Assembly (NCBI GenBank): GCA_013416795.1
Contig: RQSC01001053.1
Span: forward strand, 37,352 to 46,085
Direction of reading: 5' to 3'
Source: Prasinococcaceae sp. CCMP 1430
Lineage: Eukaryota > Plantae > Prasinodermophyta
Length of the DNA: 8,734 bases
Positions 1 to 6,954 of the stretch are shown piece after piece; the first letter of the stretch is position 1; every line of letters begins with the position of its first letter. The position numbers and the translations under genes are program-made. The notes under the pieces were generated by a model that saw nothing but the letters and a program-made list of their open reading frames with translations, was not told where the DNA came from and made no database searches.

Positions 1-18
1 GGAGGCGGCTATGTAACA
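1..18 (-). repeat. First 18 nt of the 3' LTR (rest lies outside the window)
   Basis: ggaggcggctatgtaaca is identical to 8553-8570. On the minus strand it begins TGTTACA directly after the PPT. Confidence 0.93.
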
Positions 19-31
19 TTCCTCCCCCTCC
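19..31 (-). other. Polypurine tract (plus-strand primer)
   Basis: Minus strand GGAGGGGGAGGAA: 13 purines directly abutting the LTR TG. Confidence 0.92.
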
Positions 32-70
32 ATAAGGGTCTCGTCCTTGGGACGTAAAAGCGGGGATACC

Positions 71-3000
71 TTAGATCAGGGGGTAACGACCCTCAATTGA
101 GCCTGACTTTCTCGTGACCACACGCGAAGTACCAGCGGTGTTTGCCCTCGCACCGGAGTCGGGCAGACTAGACACGGCCCGCTGGATGGGTTGAGAACCC
201 ACAGAGGCCCAATACCGACGCACCATATCTCGGGCATTTACCAGGTCGGCTTCTGGCTCCCAAGAATTATGTTCCGGACCATAGCCAGTCCACTGCACCA
301 AGTACTCGGTTTTTGGGCGAGCTCGAGAACCGACTTTGCGGTGACTAAGCACCTTCTCGACCTCGAATTCCTCGTCCCCAACAAGGAATCTAGTCAAAGG
401 TGGCGGTCCCGAAGCCTCACCATAAAACGGCTTCAACTGGGACACGTGGAACACGTCGTGGATTCGTGAACCCACAGGAAGTTCCAACTCGTAAGCCACT
501 TTACCGATAGGTCGCACTACCTTGTACGGACCCATCCATCTAGGCATCAACTTAACGCCTCGTTGTCCCACACGGGAGCGATAATTTCTGGTGTCCAACA
601 GTACCCGCTGTCCTGGTTGTAACACCAGGGGTCGCCGGTGTCGATCGGTGGCAGATTTCACACGACCCTGGATACGTTGGTACCGAAGTCGTGCCTCATC
701 ACGTGGCAACGACCTCTCCTCCTCACCCTCGGGGGCTGGCAAAGCCAGTGGTGCGTCTCCTCCCCGCACTGGTGAAGGGGTGGGTAGTCGCTCTAACGCA
801 GACTGACGATCCTCGGCAGCGCGCAAGTGAGCTCGAGCGTCATGAATGGCGGTCGAGTAGCGACTGACCCAACGGGTAGCGGCAGGCACACGACTCAACC
901 GTGTGGCACCAATCGCCAGATCCATTGGATTCCGGGGTTGGTGACTGTATAGCATCTCGAAGGGTGACAGACCCGTAGCTTGCACCCATGCGCTGTTGAT
1001 CGCAAACTCTGCCGTGTCTAAGTAGAGGTCCCAGTCATTGCGATCTGCATTTACAAAATGCCGCAACATGTCTTCAAGGACTCGATTCATGCGCTCGGTC
1101 TGCCCATCCGTCTGTGGATGAAAGGCGGTAGACATGGCTAGTTTCGTACCAGCCGTAGCGCACACTTCGCCCCAGAACGCACTGGTAAAGCGTGGGTCTC
1201 TGTCAGAGACAATCGAGCCAGGGAAACCGTGCAAGCGCACGATCTCATGCATGAAGACCTTAGCGAAGCTTATCGCGTCAATTGTTTTCGTCGTGGCGAC
1301 CAAGTGAACCATCTTGGTCAACCGATCCACGAAGACAATGATAGCATCATGCTTTAACTTGGTCACCGGCAGATCAGTGATCAAGTCCATGGATATATCT
1401 GTCCATGGCTTCTCTGGGATGGGAAGCGGCTGTAGCAACCCTGGCGGCCTTCGATTCGCGCTCTTATTGAACTGGCAGTCTGGGCACTGCCGTACGAACC
1501 GCTCGACATCCTTTGTCAGGCCTTCCCAGTGGAAGAATCTTTGAACGGCTTTCACCGTTCGGTTAATGCCAAGGTGTCCACTGTACGGAGTTGAATGCAG
1601 CTCCTCCAGAATCTGCTTCCGTAACTTGGTGACATCAGGAATCACCATGCGGTCATCCTTGAACCAAAGGCCGTCTCGGAAAGAGAACCCTTCCGTCTGC
1701 AACAAGTCGGCCTGCCCGAACTTCGGGTCTAGTGCATACCCTAGCCTGACACCCTGACGTAGCTGGAGGACATCAGGATCCGGGTTCATCGGATAGTGCA
1801 CGAAGTGGGAACCGCCCACCCCAGTTTTGCCAAGTCCCTCTGGTTCAGTCGGATCAGGGTTGGCCGACCCTTCACCTCCTGTCGCGCCTCCGCCCCTCAA
1901 GTAGAGGCCGGCCAGGGAGACAACACTCTGGCCAGGCTTCACCCGGTTACCCTCAACTGGGAACCGGCTCAGCGGATCAGCCACGTTCATCCGCCCTGGG
2001 AGGTACTCCCAACGGAAATTGAAGCTGTGGAGGAACTCAGACCAGCGAGCCTGGCGCCTCGACAAGCGCGGCTGGGTCGAGAAGAACACGTTGGGGTTAT
2101 GGTCCGTCACAACCGTGGTCGGACCAATATCGTTCTCCAAATAGCAACGCCAGATTCGGAAGGCATGCACCACAGCCAGGAGCTCCTTCTCGGACGTGCT
2201 ATAGTTCAGCTCAGCGGGCTGAAGCTTACGACTCTCGTAGGCAACGGGTTTGCCATCTTGTAAGAGCACTGCTCCTACGGCATAATCCGAAGCGTCGCTG
2301 ATCACCGTGAATGGCTTGTCCCAGTCAGGGAGAGCCAGCACTGGTGGCGAGATCAACAACCGTTTCAACTCTTGAAACGCGTGCTCCTCTCTGTCCGACC
2401 AGACCCAAGGTCGAGTCTTGGACGTGAGAGCCATAAGAGGAGAAGCGACTCCTGAAAACCCCTGAATAAACTTCCGAAACTGGTTGGCCAAACCGAGGAA
2501 GCTCTGAACGTCTCGCACGTTCTGAGGAGTCGGCCATTCGGAGACTGCCTGGACCTTGGCCGGGTCCACACGAACGCCTTCTCCATCAACCACATAGCCA
2601 AGATACTTCAATCGGCCGAGATTGAAGTGACACTTTTTCATCTTGGCGTACAGCTTGTGATCTCGCAATTTAGCGAGCACATAGCGTAAATGTCTTTCGT
2701 GCTCTTCCGGGGTTCGACTGTAAATCAGGATATCATCCAGATAAATCAGTACGAACTCGCCAATAGCGTCTCGGAAGACATCATTCATCAGCCGTTGAAA
2801 CGTCGAGGGGGCGTTGGTCAAGCCGAAGGGCATTACCATGAACTCGTACAACCCAAACGGAGTTCGGAATGCCGTTTTCGGGACGTCCTCCTCTGAAATA
2901 CGGATCTGATGATAACCTTGCGCCAAGTCGAGTGCTGAGAACACACGAGCTCCACGGAGCTTGTCCAACAGGTCATCTATCCGGGGAAGCGGATAGCGGT

Positions 3001-4420
3001 TCTTGACCGTGAGCTTATTCACTGCTCGTAGGTCCACACAGAACCGTAGTGACCCGTCCGCCTTTTTGGCTAGCAAGACCGGCGAGCCAAAGGGCGAAGC
3101 ACTCGGACGTACCCAACCTTTTTCAAGGTAGTACGCTAATTGACGCTTGATCTCAGCGAGCTCAGGAGGTGAATACCGGTACATCGGCCTGAAAGGTGGT
3201 ACCGCTCCTGGCTCTAGAGGAATCACGTGATTCACGTCCCGCCAAGGTGGCAAGCCCGTGGGATTATCTTCAGGGAACACGTCCTTGAAATCCCGAAGGA
3301 CGGCTTGTAGCCGCTCACTTGGCAATAAGTTAGCGTTGTCGGTCGGCTCTGAGCTAGTCGATTCGTCCACCTCAACTGTGCGTAAGAGGACGACTGCTAG
3401 CTCGGTGCCTCGCTTGACCGAACGCTTCAGCTGCATAGCTGACAAAAGTCGGGGCTCGTGGGCTGAACTTACAGCCGGCCTTACGACTATGGCTAGCGCA
3501 GAGTATGTCTTGCTCGAAGACACAAATGAAAGTCGAGATGCAGAGTAGTCGACAACCGCTTGGTGGCGGGTCAACCACGCATCCCCCAGGATCATATCGT
3601 AGCTGGGGTTGAGGGTTACCACGTGGAACCGAACCGTTCCTGAGTAACCACCCAATCGAACCTTCAATTGAGTTGTTCCACACACGGGAACGCTCGTAGT
3701 CCCATCGGCTAACGTAACCGTTGAAGTGTTTTTACTAGAGTATTTGATGCCCGCTCGGCTACAAAAAACCGAACTGAGAAAATTGTCAGTGGCTGCGGTA
3801 TCCACCACCGCCCGGCAATTCGAGCCGGCCACCGAGGCATCAAACTGCATTGTTACGTGTGAACCATGGTTCACAGCCGATACACTAGGACTAGGCGGAT
3901 CATAGAAAACATGGCACCTGACGGGTGAAGCCACATTTTCGATCTCACCAGTGGATCTAAGGCGCATCACTGGGGCCCCTTTGTCTATTACATGCACCAA
4001 CTGCAATTTAGACAACGATCCATGCAACTTGCGGTATGCGGGAACAAAAATCAACGCCGACGTACAATCGGGTTGTGCACGTTTCTCCACATTATACAAT
4101 TGCCACACACGACTTGCATTACACGGCATTGTGAGATTCAACCAGCAAGCATGGCCCGCAAGCGAGGTTTGCACCAACTTGGCGTCAAAACCATTTACTG
4201 TACCACCCAAGGGCATACGAGTGCCACACACATCGAGCCAACCATCAAGGGGCAATTCTACACGCTGCATAAGTTCACTAAACGAACTAGCATCTAGTTC
4301 AAGTGCAGCTACAGGTGTGCCTAGCCCCGTACAAAAACTCTTACTCGTCTCTAAGCCACTTATATTTCCAACAAGAGAAGCCCCCGTTGGCCCGTCACTA
4401 ACGGGGCTCTCTAGTTTTCC
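71..4420 (-). CDS. pol: Pol polyprotein (MTase-like domain, aspartic protease, RT, RNase H, integrase, chromodomain), probably made as a Gag-Pol -1 frameshift fusion
   Basis: Open frame with stop at 71-73. The ORF-track start at 4642 is a TTG, and the residues before ~4420 are off-frame gag sequence. Motifs DTAA/ILG, YLDD, DASD/EKELLA/TDH, HHCC, D-D35-E, GPY and a chromodomain are present. Confidence 0.96.
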   Translation of the reverse strand, partial: GKLESPVSDGPTGASLVGNISGLETSKSFCTGLGTPVAALELDASSFSELMQRVELPLDGWLDVCGTRMPLGGTVNGFDAKLVQTSLAGHACWLNLTMPCNASRVWQLYNVEKRAQPDCTSALIFVPAYRKLHGSLSKLQLVHVIDKGAPVMRLRSTGEIENVASPVRCHVFYDPPSPSVSAVNHGSHVTMQFDASVAGSNCRAVVDTAATDNFLSSVFCSRAGIKYSSKNTSTVTLADGTTSVPVCGTTQLKVRLGGYSGTVRFHVVTLNPSYDMILGDAWLTRHQAVVDYSASRLSFVSSSKTYSALAIVVRPAVSSAHEPRLLSAMQLKRSVKRGTELAVVLLRTVEVDESTSSEPTDNANLLPSERLQAVLRDFKDVFPEDNPTGLPPWRDVNHVIPLEPGAVPPFRPMYRYSPPELAEIKRQLAYYLEKGWVRPSASPFGSPVLLAKKADGSLRFCVDLRAVNKLTVKNRYPLPRIDDLLDKLRGARVFSALDLAQGYHQIRISEEDVPKTAFRTPFGLYEFMVMPFGLTNAPSTFQRLMNDVFRDAIGEFVLIYLDDILIYSRTPEEHERHLRYVLAKLRDHKLYAKMKKCHFNLGRLKYLGYVVDGEGVRVDPAKVQAVSEWPTPQNVRDVQSFLGLANQFRKFIQGFSGVASPLMALTSKTRPWVWSDREEHAFQELKRLLISPPVLALPDWDKPFTVISDASDYAVGAVLLQDGKPVAYESRKLQPAELNYSTSEKELLAVVHAFRIWRCYLENDIGPTTVVTDHNPNVFFSTQPRLSRRQARWSEFLHSFNFRWEYLPGRMNVADPLSRFPVEGNRVKPGQSVVSLAGLYLRGGGATGGEGSANPDPTEPEGLGKTGVGGSHFVHYPMNPDPDVLQLRQGVRLGYALDPKFGQADLLQTEGFSFRDGLWFKDDRMVIPDVTKLRKQILEELHSTPYSGHLGINRTVKAVQRFFHWEGLTKDVERFVRQCPDCQFNKSANRRPPGLLQPLPIPEKPWTDISMDLITDLPVTKLKHDAIIVFVDRLTKMVHLVATTKTIDAISFAKVFMHEIVRLHGFPGSIVSDRDPRFTSAFWGEVCATAGTKLAMSTAFHPQTDGQTERMNRVLEDMLRHFVNADRNDWDLYLDTAEFAINSAWVQATGLSPFEMLYSHQPRNPMDLAIGATRLSRVPAATRWVSRYSTAIHDARAHLRAAEDRQSALERLPTPSPVRGGDAPLALPAPEGEEERSLPRDEARLRYQRIQGRVKSATDRHRRPLVLQPGQRVLLDTRNYRSRVGQRGVKLMPRWMGPYKVVRPIGKVAYELELPVGSRIHDVFHVSQLKPFYGEASGPPPLTRFLVGDEEFEVEKVLSHRKVGSRARPKTEYLVQWTGYGPEHNSWEPEADLVNARDMVRRYWASVGSQPIQRAVSSLPDSGARANTAGTSRVVTRKSGSIEGRYPLI
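209..367 (-). other. Chromodomain at the Pol C-terminus
   Basis: FEVEKVLSHR...EYLVQWTGYGPEHNSWEPEADL...VRRYW matches the chromodomain pattern (Y/F-E-V-E-x-I, YLVKW.GY, WEP). Confidence 0.93.
500..1680 (-). other. Integrase domain (HHCC zinc finger, DDE core, GPY/F)
   Basis: H-x6-H...C-x2-C at 1475-1597. D at 1385-1387 (SMDLI), D at 1202-1204 (SDRD), E at 1094-1096 (QTERMNR), with D-35-E spacing. WMGPYKV at 524-532. Confidence 0.95.
1964..2311 (-). other. RNase H domain
   Basis: FTVISDASDYAVGAVLLQ, YSTSEKELLAVV, VVTDH and NVADPLSR motifs typical of Ty3/Gypsy RNase H. Confidence 0.94.
2588..3190 (-). other. Reverse transcriptase core
   Basis: GWVRPSASPFGSP, LRFCVDLR, YPLPRIDDL, LDLAQGYHQI, KTAFRTP, MPFGLTNAPSTFQ, catalytic YLDD at 2732-2743, KYLGYVV. 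Confidence 0.97.
3518..3856 (-). other. Retropepsin-type aspartic protease
   Basis: RAVVDTAATDNF (catalytic Asp at 3800-3802), VTLADG flap, and YDMILGDAWL C-terminal motif. Boundaries are approximate. Confidence 0.88.
3893..4303 (-). other. Extra domain upstream of the protease resembling a degenerate Dam-like N6-adenine DNA methyltransferase
   Basis: L-x-L-D-x3-F-x2-L, WLDVCG, LAGHACWLNLTM (position of the W-x-NPPF motif), Y-x3-K-x3-P-x2-TSA-x3-VP, and VFYDPP. Recognised from memory of retroelement MTase domains, not by a search. Confidence 0.65.
4374..4420 (-). promoter_or_regulatory. Predicted -1 programmed ribosomal frameshift signal
   Basis: Heptamer G_GAA_AAC at 4420-4414 in the gag frame, immediately before the gag TAG. 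A stem CCCCGTT (4406-4400) / AACGGGG (4388-4382) starts 7 nt downstream. Pol is in the -1 frame. Confidence 0.8.
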
Positions 4421-5787
4421 GACTGTCTTGCCGTAGCTTGTGCGCCACCACGGGCTCCACCACGAAAGCCACGGCCTCCCCGGCCACCACGTCGACGACC
4501 TTGGAAGCTCACTCCATTCGACTGCACCCGTGCGGCCGCCTGCTCGGCGTTGACTTGCCGGTTGGCGTGGTCGGGCTGGAGACACTCGTTTCCAGTGTGC
4601 CCCGGCTTTCCGCACTCGAAACACAAGCGGTGGGTGAAGCAAAGCTGCCGCAGGGTGTCTGACCGTGGCTTCTTAGCCGGGTGAGACTTGGTGTCAGAGC
4701 GGGTTGCCTCGACAGTACCGGGTCGCTTGGTGCGACCACGGTTCTTGCCGGGACGGAAAACACCCCCCGACTTGGGAGGTGTGGGCACATGCCCATCACC
4801 CACTCCGCCTCCTGCTGGCGGGCCCCGCTGACGAGTTGGGTCATTCCGCTTCAACGGAAGTAACTCGTCATCCAGCCGGGCCAACGCATCCACCAATTTG
4901 GCCAAGCTCGAGACTTGCTCTGGAGAGAGGAGCTCGAGGGTCCGCAGTGGAGCCCAAAGGGCTTGACGCTGCGATTGCACAGCCTTACGGATGCGCAACT
5001 TGAGGGAGCCCTCGGACTGTTTCTCCTCGGCCCGTGTGATGCGGTTACTTGCCTCAAGGAGCCGTTGCACCGCCGTGGCCAAGCGCTCGTCTGGCTTGAT
5101 GTGCCACCGGTCAATGGCGTCCATGGCACGGCGGTCCGGGTCACCCATCCCGTAAGTGGCAACTAGCCACGTCTCCAAGTCAGCGAGCTTCGCTGTACGG
5201 GGGGCACCGCGCTCTGCCTCCAAGGCATCACGACGGTTGGACCAAGCCGCGTTCACCACCTCGCTGAGGCAGCGTTCGGCTGCCAACAGCTGTGTGTGTT
5301 CGGAAGCTGCCACTCCCGGCTCATCCAAAACGCCTAACTGACGTTTGAAGGTACTTATCCACCGACGCACATCGTCCGTGGGTAAGCCCTTGAACATGGG
5401 CACTTTGTCCGTGAGCTTGTACAGCTCTGGAGCAAAGATGACCCGTGGATTGAGCGGGATGGGACCACGTGGTCCCACGGTAGTGGTCGCTTCAAGCGGC
5501 ACTGCTACCGGTGGCCCGGTCGACATGACCGGTGCAGCACGCTCGGGGTGGGTACCTCCAGCCGCTCCCCGAAAGGAGAGGAGGTCCGCCTGGCACTCAG
5601 CGAGCACCTGCTCGGCCTGAGCGATCCCGAGCCTACTCCGGATGTCCGTGATGTACTCACGGACCATGGACGGCAAGTCCTCATCCGGGATGTGAAGGAG
5701 ATCTTCATCGTCTTCCTCCATGGGTTGATCGGCCTCCCTGGGTGCGGGGTTGTCGGTCGGGGTGTCGGCCTGCACGTTGCACGTCAT
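4411..5787 (-). CDS. gag: Gag ORF (capsid-like region, CCHC zinc knuckle, RGG tail); 4411-5769 is probably exon 2 of a spliced gag
   Basis: 458-aa ORF upstream of pol. P-x-F-x-G...W capsid N-terminal motif (PMFKG...DVRRWI), zinc knuckle CFECGKPGHTGNEC (C-x2-C-x4-H-x4-C), and a C-terminal RGG tract. Confidence 0.92.
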   Translation of the reverse strand: MTCNVQADTPTDNPAPREADQPMEEDDEDLLHIPDEDLPSMVREYITDIRSRLGIAQAEQVLAECQADLLSFRGAAGGTHPERAAPVMSTGPPVAVPLEATTTVGPRGPIPLNPRVIFAPELYKLTDKVPMFKGLPTDDVRRWISTFKRQLGVLDEPGVAASEHTQLLAAERCLSEVVNAAWSNRRDALEAERGAPRTAKLADLETWLVATYGMGDPDRRAMDAIDRWHIKPDERLATAVQRLLEASNRITRAEEKQSEGSLKLRIRKAVQSQRQALWAPLRTLELLSPEQVSSLAKLVDALARLDDELLPLKRNDPTRQRGPPAGGGVGDGHVPTPPKSGGVFRPGKNRGRTKRPGTVEATRSDTKSHPAKKPRSDTLRQLCFTHRLCFECGKPGHTGNECLQPDHANRQVNAEQAAARVQSNGVSFQGRRRGGRGGRGFRGGARGGAQATARQSEN

Positions 5788-5846
5788 TCATGAGTGCCCG
5801 TGCCAAGAAGGCATTAGAATACAGTGGAAAACATGATGGTTGGTCA

Positions 5847-5938
5847 AGCAGCCGGTCAGCCTGTGAGCCGGTCGGCCTGTCAGCCGGTCAGCCTATCACC
5901 CTGTCAGCCGGTCAGCCTGTCTGCCCGACAGGCTGACC
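5847..5938. repeat. Array of ~10 degenerate 8-mers (GTCAGCCG/GTCAGCCT) ending in a 12-bp inverted copy
   Basis: In-register units from 5847: agcagccg, gtcagcct, gtgagccg, gtcggcct, gtcagccg, gtcagcct, atcaccct, gtcagccg, gtcagcct, gtctgccc, then gacaggctgacc. Confidence 0.9.
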
Positions 5939-5965
5939 ATAGGCCAGCAAGAAAACATGCATAAC

Positions 5966-5993
5966 TTTCTCAATTCAACTCCGAATTGAGAAA
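5966..5993. repeat. Perfect 11-bp inverted repeat with a 6-nt loop
   Basis: tttctcaattc (5966-5976), aactcc, gaattgagaaa (5983-5993). Confidence 0.9.
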
Positions 5994-6885
5994 TTCAAAG
6001 TGCGTTAGAAACGGCCTGGACCTGGGCTATCTGTTGCACTAGACAGCGGCGTCTGATTCCAAGCACAGTGGTACCAAAACAGGCCTGATTGAACCAGTGT
6101 CACAGAACAGCACATGGCTGCCACAACGAGCAACCCGAGACAAAACAGCGAGTCTCACGCACAGCTCAAAGGCCCAAAACGTACGTGACTCAGAGAAAAG
6201 GTAACACAGCAAGGGCTTTACCGTGTGATCAAACGGGAGCTCACGAAAATAATGGAATACGAAGATATTAGACAAGACGTGCTTGAGAGTACACGGGTAA
6301 AAAGTGGGTCCACAGACCAGCCCACACACCCGGTATGATACAAAACGGCGGCGCTTGCCATTCTCAACTCCGTCATCCAAACAACGTGGGACCAAATTCA
6401 AATAAAAGCCTTGGAATGACTTAAGGAAAGGCCCAAAAGGTTCCCTCAGAAACATCACCAAAATGCGGTGAGCTCCATGCATCTAAGCAAGGGTAACCGG
6501 ATCAAAAAATTGGGTATCAGGAAAACCCGAACACCCAGCAAGCTTTAACGACGTCCAGCCGCCAGGAAAGAGCAGAAAATTGAGATCCGTTTGAAGCTAC
6601 TAGAAGCTTCATAAATACCCTCAGGAACACAGCAATATCTCCAAGAAATTACTCCAGAGCGACGAGCACAACTGTCCGTTCAAACTCAGATCTCAGAGAT
6701 TGCAAAAAACAGTCGCAGCCATATAACCCGAAACTCGACCAAACTTCCGGGCCAATTCTATCAAAGGTAGAGGCCACCCGAGAAGCTATCAAGACGTGGT
6801 CAAGATGAGCAATGTCCAAGGTAAACAAATACCAAAGACAAGGCTGAGAATCATTCGGATGGGTCCGGTAGCACGGCTGTCTCAA

Positions 6886-6954
6886 ATCAGCCTGTCAGCC
6901 TGTCACCCTGTTTGACAGGCTGACAGACAGGACTGACAGACAGGCCTGACAGGC
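6886..6954. repeat. Second GTCAGCCT/TGACAG cluster with forward then inverted copies; 14-bp hairpin
   Basis: atcagcct gtcagcct gtcaccct, then tgacaggctgacag acaggactgacag acaggcctgacaggc. ctgtcagcctgtca (6892-6905) is the reverse complement of 6913-6926. Confidence 0.9.

Noticed and set aside
1-183. Terminal 183-nt repeat as the LTR pair, usable for insertion dating
   Set aside because: Only 18 nt of it is LTR; the rest is PPT and pol 3' end. The 12 differences compare two element copies, not two LTRs of one insertion.
1780-1960. Gly/Pro-rich RNase H-integrase linker as an additional domain
   Set aside because: Short and low-complexity. This linker is normally variable in Ty3/Gypsy elements.
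4421-4642. N-terminal 74 aa of the 1523-aa ORF as the real Pol start
   Set aside because: The 'M' at 4642 is TTG. The W/R-rich peptide is the -1 reading of gag codons and lies upstream of the slippery site.
191-5793. Many + strand ORFs (60-161 aa) and alternative-frame - strand ORFs over gag/pol
   Set aside because: No recognisable motifs, several begin at non-ATG codons, and such shadow ORFs are expected over GC-rich coding DNA.
5847-5938. CRISPR array
   Set aside because: Units are 8 nt and contiguous with no unique spacers, there are no cas genes, and the context is a eukaryotic retroelement.
6039-6482. 147-aa sense ORF in the leader as an env-like or accessory gene
   Set aside because: Its F/L/V/C richness follows from the T/G-rich sense strand. 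I see no signal peptide, clear transmembrane helix or known motif. Conservation across copies would reopen the question.
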